A DNA stretch of 60,918 nucleotides from an uncultured virus (IMG/VR IMGVR_UViG_3300008113_010842) (IMGVR_UViG_3300008113_010842); one strand, 5' to 3'; counted from the stretch's first letter, positions 39,622 to 47,326 are shown. Numbers and translations are program-made. Notes: a model not told the origin generated them from the letters alone.

Positions 39622-40085
39622 AGTCTTCTTAATAATATTGCGTTTCCACTTTGTCTTACATTAAAGCCATTTGGTGGATTCATATCTAAGTACCTCTTAT
39701 ATATTCTGGTTCTTGAAGTCACATATTCTTTTTCTTTTTCTTTTGCTAAACCTACAAAGTATATTTCTTTTACCCAATAGCATCTTTTAGTAAAATCATT
39801 TAATATATCTCCAAATACTGTTTGCAAAACCCTATATGGGTTTACATTAACAATTTTACTTACTGAATAGGAATCATTATCTTTAACAAAATAAAGTAAT
39901 TCATAAACATTACTAAGCTCCTTCTCTTTTATAACTGGAATATTTTTAAATTCTACCAAGTATTTGTTTCCAATAACATCTTCAAAATTATATGTGAAAA
40001 GCATAGGATTATTTGAATCAATCTCAAAATTATAAGACTGAATTTCTTCACATAAGAATTGATAAAAATGTTGTAAAATTCTCAT
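39618..40085 (-). CDS. Hypothetical protein
   Basis: 155-aa ORF; N-terminal MRILQHFYQFLCEE. Confidence 0.75.
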   Translation of the reverse strand: MRILQHFYQFLCEEIQSYNFEIDSNNPMLFTYNFEDVIGNKYLVEFKNIPVIKEKELSNVYELLYFVKDNDSYSVSKIVNVNPYRVLQTVFGDILNDFTKRCYWVKEIYFVGLAKEKEKEYVTSRTRIYKRYLDMNPPNGFNVRQSGNAILLRRL

Positions 40086-40198
40086 AAACTATATATAAAA
40101 AAATAGATAATATTTATATGATATCTGTTTTAGTAGTTAATCTTAATAATTTTTTAAAGAGGAAAAACTTTTTATTATATATACATACAATAAGAAAT

Positions 40199-40270
40199 TG
40201 CGGGGTGGAGTAGTGGAAGCTCGCTAGGCTCATAACCTAGAGGTCGCAGGTTCGAGTCCTGCCCCCGCTA
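40199..40270 (+). tRNA. Initiator-type tRNA-Met(CAT)
   Basis: 1:72 mismatch, fMet-like GCGGGGTGGAG 5' end, CTAGG-CTCATAA-CCTAG. Confidence 0.88.
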
Positions 40271-40289
40271 CAAAAAAATAGATAAAATA

Positions 40290-40321
40290 TTTGGTAGATT
40301 TAAAAAGTCTATTTATATTTG
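40290..40321 (+). promoter_or_regulatory. Bacteroidota-type promoter for leader 2
   Basis: TTTG-GTAGA..(N20)-TATATTTG. Confidence 0.8.
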
Positions 40322-40341
40322 TAAAATAAAAAATAAAAATA

Positions 40342-40410
40342 ATGAATACAATTTCAACATATTATTATAAGGAGAGCAAAGTCTCTGTCAGACGAGTAAG
40401 TATGTCGTAA
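40342..40410 (+). CDS. Attenuator leader peptide 2, MNTISTYYYKESKVSVRRVSMS
   Basis: TAT-TAT-TAT-AAG-GAG patch matches the Tyr/Glu array; TGTCAGAC complements the terminator arm. Confidence 0.8.
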   Translation: MNTISTYYYKESKVSVRRVSMS

Positions 40411-40433
40411 TTGAAATATATTATACAAACTTT

Positions 40434-40467
40434 AAACCCAGTCTGACAATTCAGACTGGGTTTTTTT
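40434..40467 (+). terminator. Attenuator terminator 2
   Basis: AAACCCAGTCTGA-CAAT-TCAGACTGGGTTT plus T-tract. Confidence 0.9.
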
Positions 40468-40470
40468 ATT

Positions 40471-40538
40471 GGGTTGAGTTATGGTGACGGCCGGATCTGT
40501 AAAATCCTAGCAGTTGAGTTCGAGTCTCAGGCAACCCA
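40471..40538 (+). tRNA. Atypical short tRNA-Tyr(GTA)-like
   Basis: Acceptor GGGTTG/CAACCC, GGAT-CTGTAAA-ATCC, T arm; reduced D arm, no long variable arm. Confidence 0.6.
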
Positions 40539-40543
40539 CAAAT

Positions 40544-40615
40544 GTTCCGTTCGTCTAGCGGTAGGACATCTCCCTTTCAAGGAGAAGGTCACGGGTTCGA
40601 ATCCCGTACGGAATA
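40544..40615 (+). tRNA. tRNA-Glu(TTC)
   Basis: TCTCC-CTTTCAA-GGAGA. Confidence 0.9.
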
Positions 40616-40631
40616 CAAGAATTAAAAAAGA

Positions 40632-40663
40632 TTTGGTAGATTAAAAATATTTACTTATCTTTG
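40632..40663 (+). promoter_or_regulatory. Internal Bacteroidota-type promoter within array 2
   Basis: TTTG-GTAGA..(N20)-TATCTTTG. Confidence 0.8.
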
Positions 40664-40680
40664 TAAAACAAAAAACAAAT

Positions 40681-40752
40681 GGTCCCATCGTCTAATGGTT
40701 AGGACGTTAGGTTTTCATCCTAGAAATCGGAGTTCGATCCTCCGTGGGACTA
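40681..40752 (+). tRNA. tRNA-Glu(TTC)
   Basis: TTAGG-TTTTCAT-CCTAG. Confidence 0.9.
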
Positions 40753-40847
40753 CAAAAGTCGGAGTAATTAACCGACTCTAACAAGAAGATGGTTCATATA
40801 GCTTAAAGAGATTTGCTAGCACTAATTTCTGGAAGTCTTCTTGATTA

Positions 40848-40923
40848 ACTACTTATGGTGTAAATTGGATTGCACGCGGGTCATTCGGCCCGAGGGTTGT
40901 AGGTTCGAGTCCTATGGGTAGTT
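40848..40923 (+). tRNA. tRNA-like RNA of undetermined identity (6-nt anticodon loop CATTCG)
   Basis: Acceptor ACTACTT/GGGTAGT, D arm, CGGGT-CATTCG-GCCCG, T arm GTAGG-TTCGAGT-CCTAT. Confidence 0.6.
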
Positions 40924-40930
40924 CAAATAT

Positions 40931-41012
40931 TGGAAGGTGGGTGAGTGGCTAAAACCGGCAGACTGTAAATCTGCTCTCTTTGAGTACGGGGGTTCGAATC
41001 CCTCCCTTCCAA
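40931..41012 (+). tRNA. tRNA-Tyr(GTA)
   Basis: GCAGA-CTGTAAA-TCTGC; class II variable arm. Confidence 0.92.
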
Positions 41013-41040
41013 CTTTTTTTATTTTCTTCATAAAACAAAG

Positions 41041-42078
41041 ATGGAGAATGAAGTTGTAATAATAACATCACATGCTAATACAGATTTTAAGTTAGACATT
41101 TTAAATGAATGTATCCAATATATTAAGTCATTTGGGTATCAAATCATTTTATCATCACATATTTCTGTTCCGGATTCTATACTGGATGATGTAGATTTTT
41201 TTGTCTATGATAAAGAAAATAGAATTATTAATTATTGGGAATATCAAGAAATTCCATCAGGCTATTATAAATACATAAATTTTGATGAATATCAGCATAC
41301 TATATCATCTGAGTTTGACCATGGTTATTCTGTATTGAGACTTATAAGAAATGGACTGAGCTTAGCGAGTATCAATGGATTTACAAAATCACATATTGTA
41401 GATTACGATTATATAATAAAAGATTCAAATTTTTTTAGAGAAAACACAAAATATTTAGGTAATCTTTATGATATCATAGGTTATCGATGTCATGATTATT
41501 ACTTTACTACAGGTATTTTTTCAGTTGTTTGTGATAAAATACTACCAGTATTACAAAGTATAAATTCAGTTGAGGCTTATAGCCAAATTCATTTAGAAAC
41601 AATAGATGATAATAAACTGACAAATAGTGGTGTTTTAGAAAACATATTTTTTTATTTAATTAAAAAAAATAATCTGAGTTTTTTTAATATCGAAGAAAAA
41701 GATTTAGACTTAGAATTGAATGAATTTGATAAAATAAATGTTTTTAATAATTTTTATTTGATTCAAGGAACTTCTATTGAGATTTTCAAATCAACCGATG
41801 GCTTTTTTGACTACCTAACTTTGCTTAATTATGGAACAATCTTAGAATATATAGAGATTCATTATAAAGAAAATTGTTCTATAAAAATAAATTACAATAA
41901 TATCTATGAAAAATCACAATCCGAAAATTCACATATTTCTATTTTAAAATTACCAGATTGGTTAAAAGATATTGAATTTACAATTGAGGCCATAGGTTAT
42001 GGGAAAAAGACTATAAGAAAAAACGAGAATAAAGCACAATGTCAAATAAAAAATCAAAATATTATTTTTGAAATTTAA
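41041..42078 (+). CDS. Hypothetical protein, possibly glycosyltransferase-related
   Basis: 345 aa; IILSSH...DFFVYDKEN...HGYSV...DYD pattern. Confidence 0.7.
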   Translation: MENEVVIITSHANTDFKLDILNECIQYIKSFGYQIILSSHISVPDSILDDVDFFVYDKENRIINYWEYQEIPSGYYKYINFDEYQHTISSEFDHGYSVLRLIRNGLSLASINGFTKSHIVDYDYIIKDSNFFRENTKYLGNLYDIIGYRCHDYYFTTGIFSVVCDKILPVLQSINSVEAYSQIHLETIDDNKLTNSGVLENIFFYLIKKNNLSFFNIEEKDLDLELNEFDKINVFNNFYLIQGTSIEIFKSTDGFFDYLTLLNYGTILEYIEIHYKENCSIKINYNNIYEKSQSENSHISILKLPDWLKDIEFTIEAIGYGKKTIRKNENKAQCQIKNQNIIFEI

Positions 42079-42145
42079 AAAAAATAACTAATTTTGTAAA
42101 AAGAAAGATAAAACTTTTTATATATAACAACATATAATAGAAACA

Positions 42146-42229
42146 ATGAAAAATTTAACTAACATATCACAAGCAGTTATAGCGACAGGCGCGGGGCGTT
42201 TGGTCGAGAGACTGAGTTATGTTATGTAA
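42146..42229 (+). CDS. Attenuator leader peptide 3, MKNLTNISQAVIATGAGRLVERLSYVM
   Basis: GCA-GTT-ATA-GCG-ACA-GGC-GCG-GGG patch matches the Ile(TAT)/Gly/Ala array; GAGACTGAGTTA complements the terminator arm. Confidence 0.8.
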   Translation: MKNLTNISQAVIATGAGRLVERLSYVM

Positions 42230-42253
42230 GATTTTGACTTTACATATTTATTT

Positions 42254-42283
42254 AACCCAGTCTCAAAAAGATTGGGTTTTTTT
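42254..42283 (+). terminator. Attenuator terminator 3
   Basis: AACCCAGTCT-CAAAA-AGATTGGGTT plus T-tract. Confidence 0.88.
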
Positions 42284-42287
42284 ATTT

Positions 42288-42361
42288 TGGTGAGTAGCTT
42301 AGACGGTAGAAGCACGTGTCTTATACACACGAGATAGTGGGTTCGATACCCACCTCACCAA
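42288..42361 (+). tRNA. tRNA-Ile(TAT)
   Basis: CGTGT-CTTATAC-ACACG. Confidence 0.85.
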
Positions 42362-42366
42362 CAAAA

Positions 42367-42438
42367 GCGGGTATCGTATAATGGTTATTACACCGGCCTT
42401 CCAAGTCGGTGATGTCAGTTCGATTCTGGTTACCCGCA
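42367..42438 (+). tRNA. tRNA-Gly(TCC)
   Basis: CCGGC-CTTCCAA-GTCGG. Confidence 0.88.
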
Positions 42439-42442
42439 CTAC

Positions 42443-42518
42443 GGGCTAGCATGTTCCAAGGCTTCGGCGACTTACCCTTGCAAGGTAGGTGTGGTGGGTT
42501 CGATTCCCATCTGGTCCA
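42443..42518 (+). tRNA. tRNA-Ala(TGC)
   Basis: TTACC-CTTGCAA-GGTAG; G3:U70 pair. Confidence 0.8.
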
Positions 42519-42528
42519 CAAAAAATAA

Positions 42529-42603
42529 GCGAGAGTAGCTCAGTGGTAGAATGTCTGCTTGCCAAGCAGAAGGTCGCGGGTTCGAATCCCGTCTCTCGCT
42601 CCA
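42529..42603 (+). tRNA. tRNA-Gly(GCC)
   Basis: TCTGC-TTGCCAA-GCAGA; U73; encoded CCA. Confidence 0.93.
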
Positions 42604-42607
42604 ATAT

Positions 42608-42644
42608 GCCGGTTGACCCACGTTGAATCGCGGTGCCGGCTCCA
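42608..42644 (+). ncRNA. tRNA minihelix-like RNA ending UCCA
   Basis: GCCGGT/GCCGGC stem, inner T-arm-like hairpin, 3' TCCA. Confidence 0.45.
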
Positions 42645-42717
42645 GGGGGATTAGCTCATTTGGCGGAGCGTTTGAATGGCATTCAAAAGGTGACGAGTTC
42701 GATCCTCGTATCCTCCA
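42645..42717 (+). tRNA. tRNA-Ala(GGC)
   Basis: TTTGA-ATGGCAT-TCAAA; G3:U70 pair. Confidence 0.9.
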
Positions 42718-42737
42718 CAAAAATTAATATATACTAA

Positions 42738-42920
42738 ATGACAATATTTAAAAACATATTAGATGGTAAGCTCTACACTATTTACAAAAATAGTGATGGA
42801 ACACTTACTGCATTTCCATCTGGTAAAGTTTTCGATAGAAACTCAATTTTAAAAGATTGTAAAATTGAAGACTTTGTTGTTTTTAAAATTGAAACTAATA
42901 AAATTAAAGGTTTTATATAA
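42738..42920 (+). CDS. Hypothetical protein
   Basis: 60-aa ORF after TTAATATATAC. Confidence 0.6.
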   Translation: MTIFKNILDGKLYTIYKNSDGTLTAFPSGKVFDRNSILKDCKIEDFVVFKIETNKIKGFI

Positions 42921-43064
42921 AAAATAATTAAAAGATATGGAGGATAAAGTAGTAATCAAAGGTGAATTTAGAGGAAGCAAATCTTATTTTAGATCAGTTG
43001 AAAAGAATGAAAAATCAAAAATTAATTGTGTTGGTTTAATAATCAAAACTTTTAAAAGAAAAAG

Positions 43065-43093
43065 AAAGTCCAGAAAATAACTGGACTTTTTTT
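43065..43093 (+). terminator. Intrinsic terminator
   Basis: AAAGTCCAG-AAAATAA-CTGGACTTT plus T-tract. Confidence 0.75.
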
Positions 43094-43116
43094 ATAAATA
43101 GAAATAAAAAATTTAA

Positions 43117-43851
43117 ATGAAAAATATTTTATTTCTCTTATTCACTCTGATTTCTCTCATTACTAATTCACAAACAATACTTTCGTGGAATATACAAAAT
43201 TTAGGAGAAACTAAATATAAAAAGGATTCAGTAATTTCTCAGCTTTCTAGTGTTATAAAGTCTTCAAAAGCAGACATTATTGCTATTCAAGAAGTTGTTA
43301 CTGGATCATATGGTGATTCTTGTATAATAAAAATATCTAAAAATATAGATTACAATTATGTAATTTCGACTAGAACAACAGGTGATGGTTCAGAAAGATA
43401 TGCTTTTCTTTATAAAAAGAATATCAAACTTAATTGGTCTAAATTAGATACCACTCTACAGGATTCTATTGATAGAGAACCATTTATGGCATCATTCAAA
43501 ATAAATAAAAAAGATATAACAATAAGACAAGTTCATCTTGTTCCAACAAATAAAAATCCTCAAAGAGAAGTAGAAGATTTATATTGTTATAAAGATGGTA
43601 TCATTTGTGGCGATTTTAATTTGACTTGTAATCATCTTATTTATATTCCCCTAAAGACTTATTTTAATATGCCACTTTGTGGTAAAGGAACCTCTTTAAA
43701 AAGAGATGGAACAATTAGTGAAAATAATTATGACCATTTTTTAGTAGAAAAATCTTATAAAATTTTAGAGAGTAAAGTTTATGTTTATCCATATAAAGGA
43801 AATAAAAACATTCTTTCAGATCATTTACCAATACTTATAAAACTAAAATAA
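43117..43851 (+). CDS. Exported EEP-family (DNase I-like) nuclease/phosphatase
   Basis: Signal-peptide-like N-terminus; SWNIQN, DIIAIQEV, ERYAFLY, REPF, GDFN, YDHF, SDHLPI. Confidence 0.88.
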   Translation: MKNILFLLFTLISLITNSQTILSWNIQNLGETKYKKDSVISQLSSVIKSSKADIIAIQEVVTGSYGDSCIIKISKNIDYNYVISTRTTGDGSERYAFLYKKNIKLNWSKLDTTLQDSIDREPFMASFKINKKDITIRQVHLVPTNKNPQREVEDLYCYKDGIICGDFNLTCNHLIYIPLKTYFNMPLCGKGTSLKRDGTISENNYDHFLVEKSYKILESKVYVYPYKGNKNILSDHLPILIKLK

Positions 43852-43882
43852 AACAATCTATTTTATAATTAGTATAATAATT

Positions 43883-44542
43883 ATGGAATTATTTCATTTT
43901 GATATAGAAACGGCTGGTCAATATAAAGACTATGATAATTTTTTGATTAATGATTCAAGAGGAGCCAAATTATTTGAGTCTAAATATGAAAAAATGAAGT
44001 GGTCTGAAAAATATTCTGATATAAATGAAGCTTATTTAGATAACTCAGGTATAATATCTACATATGGTCGTATTGTTTGTATTTCATTTGGTTTTATAGA
44101 CAACGATGGTAATAAAAAAATTACTTCTTTTTGTGGTGATGATGAACAAGATATAGTAACTTCATTCAATAATCTTCTCAACAAGATTGAAAAAAAATCT
44201 TTTAGTTTATGTGGTTTTAGAATTAATCACTTTGATATACCTTGGCTTTTGCACAAGTGTCATAAATATCAAATTATTCCTTCTAATATGATTTATGTAT
44301 ATGATAAAAAACCTTGGGAAATGAGAATTGTTGATATGTCTGATGATTGGCGTCAAAAATTTGCTTGGGCCTTTTCATTTGATGAGATGTGTTATGAATT
44401 AGGAGTAAAATCTCCTAAACAAAATATGAATGGTTCTTTAGTCCACTCAAAATTCTGGTCTGGTGATTATCTAAGTATAAAAAGTTATTGTGAAGAAGAT
44501 GTTTCATCATCTATTGATGCCTCTCTTTATCTTTACAAATAA
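43883..44542 (+). CDS. DEDD 3'-5' exonuclease (PolB-exonuclease-like)
   Basis: FDIET, GRIVCISFG, FDIPWL, YCEEDV. Confidence 0.85.
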   Translation: MELFHFDIETAGQYKDYDNFLINDSRGAKLFESKYEKMKWSEKYSDINEAYLDNSGIISTYGRIVCISFGFIDNDGNKKITSFCGDDEQDIVTSFNNLLNKIEKKSFSLCGFRINHFDIPWLLHKCHKYQIIPSNMIYVYDKKPWEMRIVDMSDDWRQKFAWAFSFDEMCYELGVKSPKQNMNGSLVHSKFWSGDYLSIKSYCEEDVSSSIDASLYLYK

Positions 44543-44544
44543 TT

Positions 44545-45018
44545 TCATTTAATAGTAGATTCATATGGAATTTCTATTTCATCTACACTAACCATGTTTA
44601 ATTCTAAATCAGGTATATTGCTACCACCTGTTTTTACATTTATTTTAGTCTTTGGTTTAAATGTATAATTTTTATAAGTAACTAAATTATTATATTTTTT
44701 TAAAGGCTCTTTAATTAAATTAAATTCATCATATTGTTCGATTATATTTATCGTATTATTTAATTCAGAAATATTTCTTATTTCAGTATAACCATCCATT
44801 CCAATATAATCTTCGACTATGAGATGTTCAAATTCTTTCAGTCTACATTCAATTTTTGAAATTAAATCTTTATGACCACGATAAATAAAACTTTTATCTA
44901 TGTCTATTGTGTAAATCTTGTTTATATTTTTCACTCGTTTTAAGTCTTGAACTCTTGTTATGCCAAACTTGAAATGTTTTTCATTTTTAAATGGTAAAAT
45001 ATATAATAAATAATTCAT
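44545..45018 (-). CDS. GIY-YIG/T5orf172-like protein
   Basis: YLLYI...FKFGITR....RVKNI...IE...DGYTE. Confidence 0.55.
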   Translation of the reverse strand: MNYLLYILPFKNEKHFKFGITRVQDLKRVKNINKIYTIDIDKSFIYRGHKDLISKIECRLKEFEHLIVEDYIGMDGYTEIRNISELNNTINIIEQYDEFNLIKEPLKKYNNLVTYKNYTFKPKTKINVKTGGSNIPDLELNMVSVDEIEIPYESTIK

Positions 45019-45074
45019 AATTTTTAAAACGTATATACAATTTTTAATATATAATTAAAAAAAGTTTAATTTTT

Positions 45075-45254
45075 ATGCCTTCTAAAGACAAAATGTTCTC
45101 ACTACGAATACCTGGAAGTTTATTAGATGAATATAGAATATTCTGCGAGGAAAATTCTATTAATATTTCAAAAAGACTTAGAAAGTTTATTGAAAGAGAT
45201 TTAGAAAATTGGAGGTCAAAAAAACTTCAACAAAAAAATAATTCTGGAAATTAA
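45075..45254 (+). CDS. Ribbon-helix-helix DNA-binding protein (59 aa, absent from ORF track)
   Basis: MPSKDKMFSLRIPGSLLDEYRIFCEENSINISKRLRKFIERDL has the Arc/CopG-type strand-helix-helix pattern. Confidence 0.7.
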   Translation: MPSKDKMFSLRIPGSLLDEYRIFCEENSINISKRLRKFIERDLENWRSKKLQQKNNSGN

Positions 45255-45286
45255 TATATAATATCAATAAAAAAAATATTTTATTT

Positions 45287-46693
45287 ATGAAGTATATGAG
45301 AAATTATCACTCTTTTATAAAAGAGTCGAAAAAACAAATAGGTAAAAACGCATTAATTGTTGAAAAGCAAGTATTAAAAGAATTTTCATCTGATTTTTGG
45401 GGTCTTTGTTTAAGATCTTCAATTTTTACAAATGAAGAAAAAACATACATTGAAAATAATCTTACTAATAAAAAAGTTTCACTTTTAAATGAAGAATGGG
45501 ATTGGTTAGATAAAGCGGTTGATTGGGCTAAAGATAAAGGTGAAAAAATGTTAAACTTTGTATCTGATAAAATTAAAGCTGTAAAAAACGGACTTAAAGA
45601 CTTTGTTAGTTCTATGGTGGGACTTGCTAAGAAGTTATTTTTAGCTGGATTAAACGGTGCATTATTACAAGCTGCTAAGTTTAAACAGAAAGTTTCAGGA
45701 GATGGTAAAGTTAAAAAACAAATTCAAGATTTAGATCCTGAAAAATCCAAAAACGAAATTGAAGATTTAAAAAAGACTTTTCAATTCTGGGCACCTGGTA
45801 AAACAGCAGCTGAAGCTAAACCAGCGGTCGATAAAGCAGGTGGTCAAATTGAGGCTAAGATTAAATCTGCAGAAGGAGAAGCTGTTTCATCAACTGAGAA
45901 AAATTTAACAGAAGCTGAACAAGAAGCAAAAAATGAATCAGTATCAAATATTATTTATTCAACTGGTGATGATGTTTTAGAAAGTTTCTATAATCTTTCT
46001 TTAATAAAAGAAGCTGAAGAAGTACCAGAAGGTGGTGAAGAAAAAAAGACAACTGGTCAAAAATGTATTGACTGGCTTTTAGGATTTTTAGGTCAAGAAA
46101 AAATGGATCCTGAAGCTAAAGCTGGTAAAAAATTATTTTGGTGGGGTAAGTTGTTCTTAAAGATTTTAGCTACTTGTTTAAGTCCTGTATTAAAAATAGT
46201 TGAGGCATTGGTAAAAACAGGAGCAAATTTAGCTCTTAAGGGAGTTTCGATGATTACTGGAGCATTAGGTGGTCCAGGTGCTTTTGAATTCGCTTTACTT
46301 GGAGGACTTTGTGGCGGTATTGTTGGTATTATATATGATACAATAATGTTATTTGGAGGCGAAGCAGGAGGAGCTGACACAATGGCTGCTGTTAAAAAAT
46401 GGTTAGCACATGCTGTAAATGAATCATTAGAATTATTTCCGTCTTATAAAACATTAAAATATATTATGGCTGGTTTCTGTGCTGGCATGACACTTTGGCA
46501 TGTTATTGAAGAAATTAAACACTTAGCGCACGGAGGACATGGAGAACACAAAGAAGGAGAGGAACACGGTGAAGAGGCAAAACCAGGAGATCCTGTAAAA
46601 CCAGGTGAAAAGCCAGCTCCTATAAAACCAGGTGAAAAGCCAGTAGAAGGTGAAAAACCAGCAGCCCCTGGAACTAAACCAGCTGTAGCTTAA
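45287..46693 (+). CDS. Hypothetical protein with Gly-rich hydrophobic helices and C-terminal KPGEKP repeats
   Basis: 468 aa; N-terminal MKYMRNYHSFIKES motif. Confidence 0.8.
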   Translation: MKYMRNYHSFIKESKKQIGKNALIVEKQVLKEFSSDFWGLCLRSSIFTNEEKTYIENNLTNKKVSLLNEEWDWLDKAVDWAKDKGEKMLNFVSDKIKAVKNGLKDFVSSMVGLAKKLFLAGLNGALLQAAKFKQKVSGDGKVKKQIQDLDPEKSKNEIEDLKKTFQFWAPGKTAAEAKPAVDKAGGQIEAKIKSAEGEAVSSTEKNLTEAEQEAKNESVSNIIYSTGDDVLESFYNLSLIKEAEEVPEGGEEKKTTGQKCIDWLLGFLGQEKMDPEAKAGKKLFWWGKLFLKILATCLSPVLKIVEALVKTGANLALKGVSMITGALGGPGAFEFALLGGLCGGIVGIIYDTIMLFGGEAGGADTMAAVKKWLAHAVNESLELFPSYKTLKYIMAGFCAGMTLWHVIEEIKHLAHGGHGEHKEGEEHGEEAKPGDPVKPGEKPAPIKPGEKPVEGEKPAAPGTKPAVA

Positions 46694-46710
46694 AAATATT
46701 TTAAATAAAA

Positions 46711-46742
46711 TTTGGTAGAATTAAAACTTTTATCTAAATTTG
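46711..46742 (+). promoter_or_regulatory. Bacteroidota-type promoter for leader 4
   Basis: TTTG-GTAGA..(N20)-TAAATTTG. Confidence 0.8.
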
Positions 46743-46799
46743 TATAAAATAATGACAAAAAAGTCAAAAGAGACAATTAATTTATAATATATAACAACA

Positions 46800-46913
46800 A
46801 TGAGAACAAATACGACAAATATGATGAACCTGACACTCAATGTGGTGAATATTACGTTATGTAATATTAGACCTTCTGAGGGTTCCTTCCTATTTAGAAA
46901 ATTTGTCTCGTGA
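46800..46913 (+). CDS. Attenuator leader peptide 4, MRTNTTNMMNLTLNVVNITLCNIRPSEGSFLFRKFVS
   Basis: Codons 2-24 encode only R/T/N/M/L/V/I/C, the amino acids of array 4; TCTGAGGGTTC is the exact complement of the terminator arm. Confidence 0.88.
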   Translation: MRTNTTNMMNLTLNVVNITLCNIRPSEGSFLFRKFVS

Positions 46914-46944
46914 ATGTGACGTATTTATAACTAAATATAAAAAG

Positions 46945-46974
46945 AACCCTCAGATAAAAATCTGAGGGTTTTTT
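46945..46974 (+). terminator. Attenuator terminator 4
   Basis: AACCCTCAGAT-AAAA-ATCTGAGGGTT plus T-tract. Confidence 0.9.
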
Positions 46975-46989
46975 GTTTTAATAAAATTT

Positions 46990-47062
46990 GGCTCCTTCGT
47001 TCAACGGGACAGGACATCGCTCTTCTAAAGCGAGGATACAGGTTCGAATCCTGTAGGAGCTA
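46990..47062 (+). tRNA. tRNA-Arg(TCT)
   Basis: TCGCT-CTTCTAA-AGCGA. Confidence 0.9.
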
Positions 47063-47069
47063 CTAAAAT

Positions 47070-47158
47070 GGGCTTGTAGCTGATTTGGTTTTAGCTGGTG
47101 ACTGTTAATCACTGTATGAAAAATTGAAATAAAGTAGGTTCGAATCCTGCCTGGCCCG
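47070..47158 (+). tRNA. tRNA-Asn(GTT) with ~20-nt variable region
   Basis: GGTGA-CTGTTAA-TCACT; G73. Confidence 0.75.
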
Positions 47159-47169
47159 CAAAAATAAAT

Positions 47170-47240
47170 GTCCTGATGGCGTAATGGGAGCGTGTTAGTG
47201 TTACATACTAACGGTACTGGTTCGAGTCCAGTTCAGGATA
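47170..47240 (+). tRNA. tRNA-Val(TAC)
   Basis: TTAGT-GTTACAT-ACTAA. Confidence 0.82.
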
Positions 47241-47247
47241 CTAAAAT

Positions 47248-47320
47248 TGTCAGTTAGCTCATTTGGTAGAGCACTTGTCTGATACACAAGAGGTGGTGGG
47301 ATCGTAACCCGCACTGACAA
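47248..47320 (+). tRNA. tRNA-Ile(GAT)
   Basis: CTTGT-CTGATAC-ACAAG. Confidence 0.9.
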
Positions 47321-47326
47321 CAAATT

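Noticed and set aside
42937..43080. 47-aa ORF MEDKVVIKGEF...
   Set aside because: Short, no recognisable motif, runs into a terminator hairpin; not supportable as a gene
46752..46787. 11-codon ORF MTKKSKETINL upstream of leader 4
   Set aside because: No counterpart at the other leaders and no matching codon patch; likely chance in AT-rich DNA
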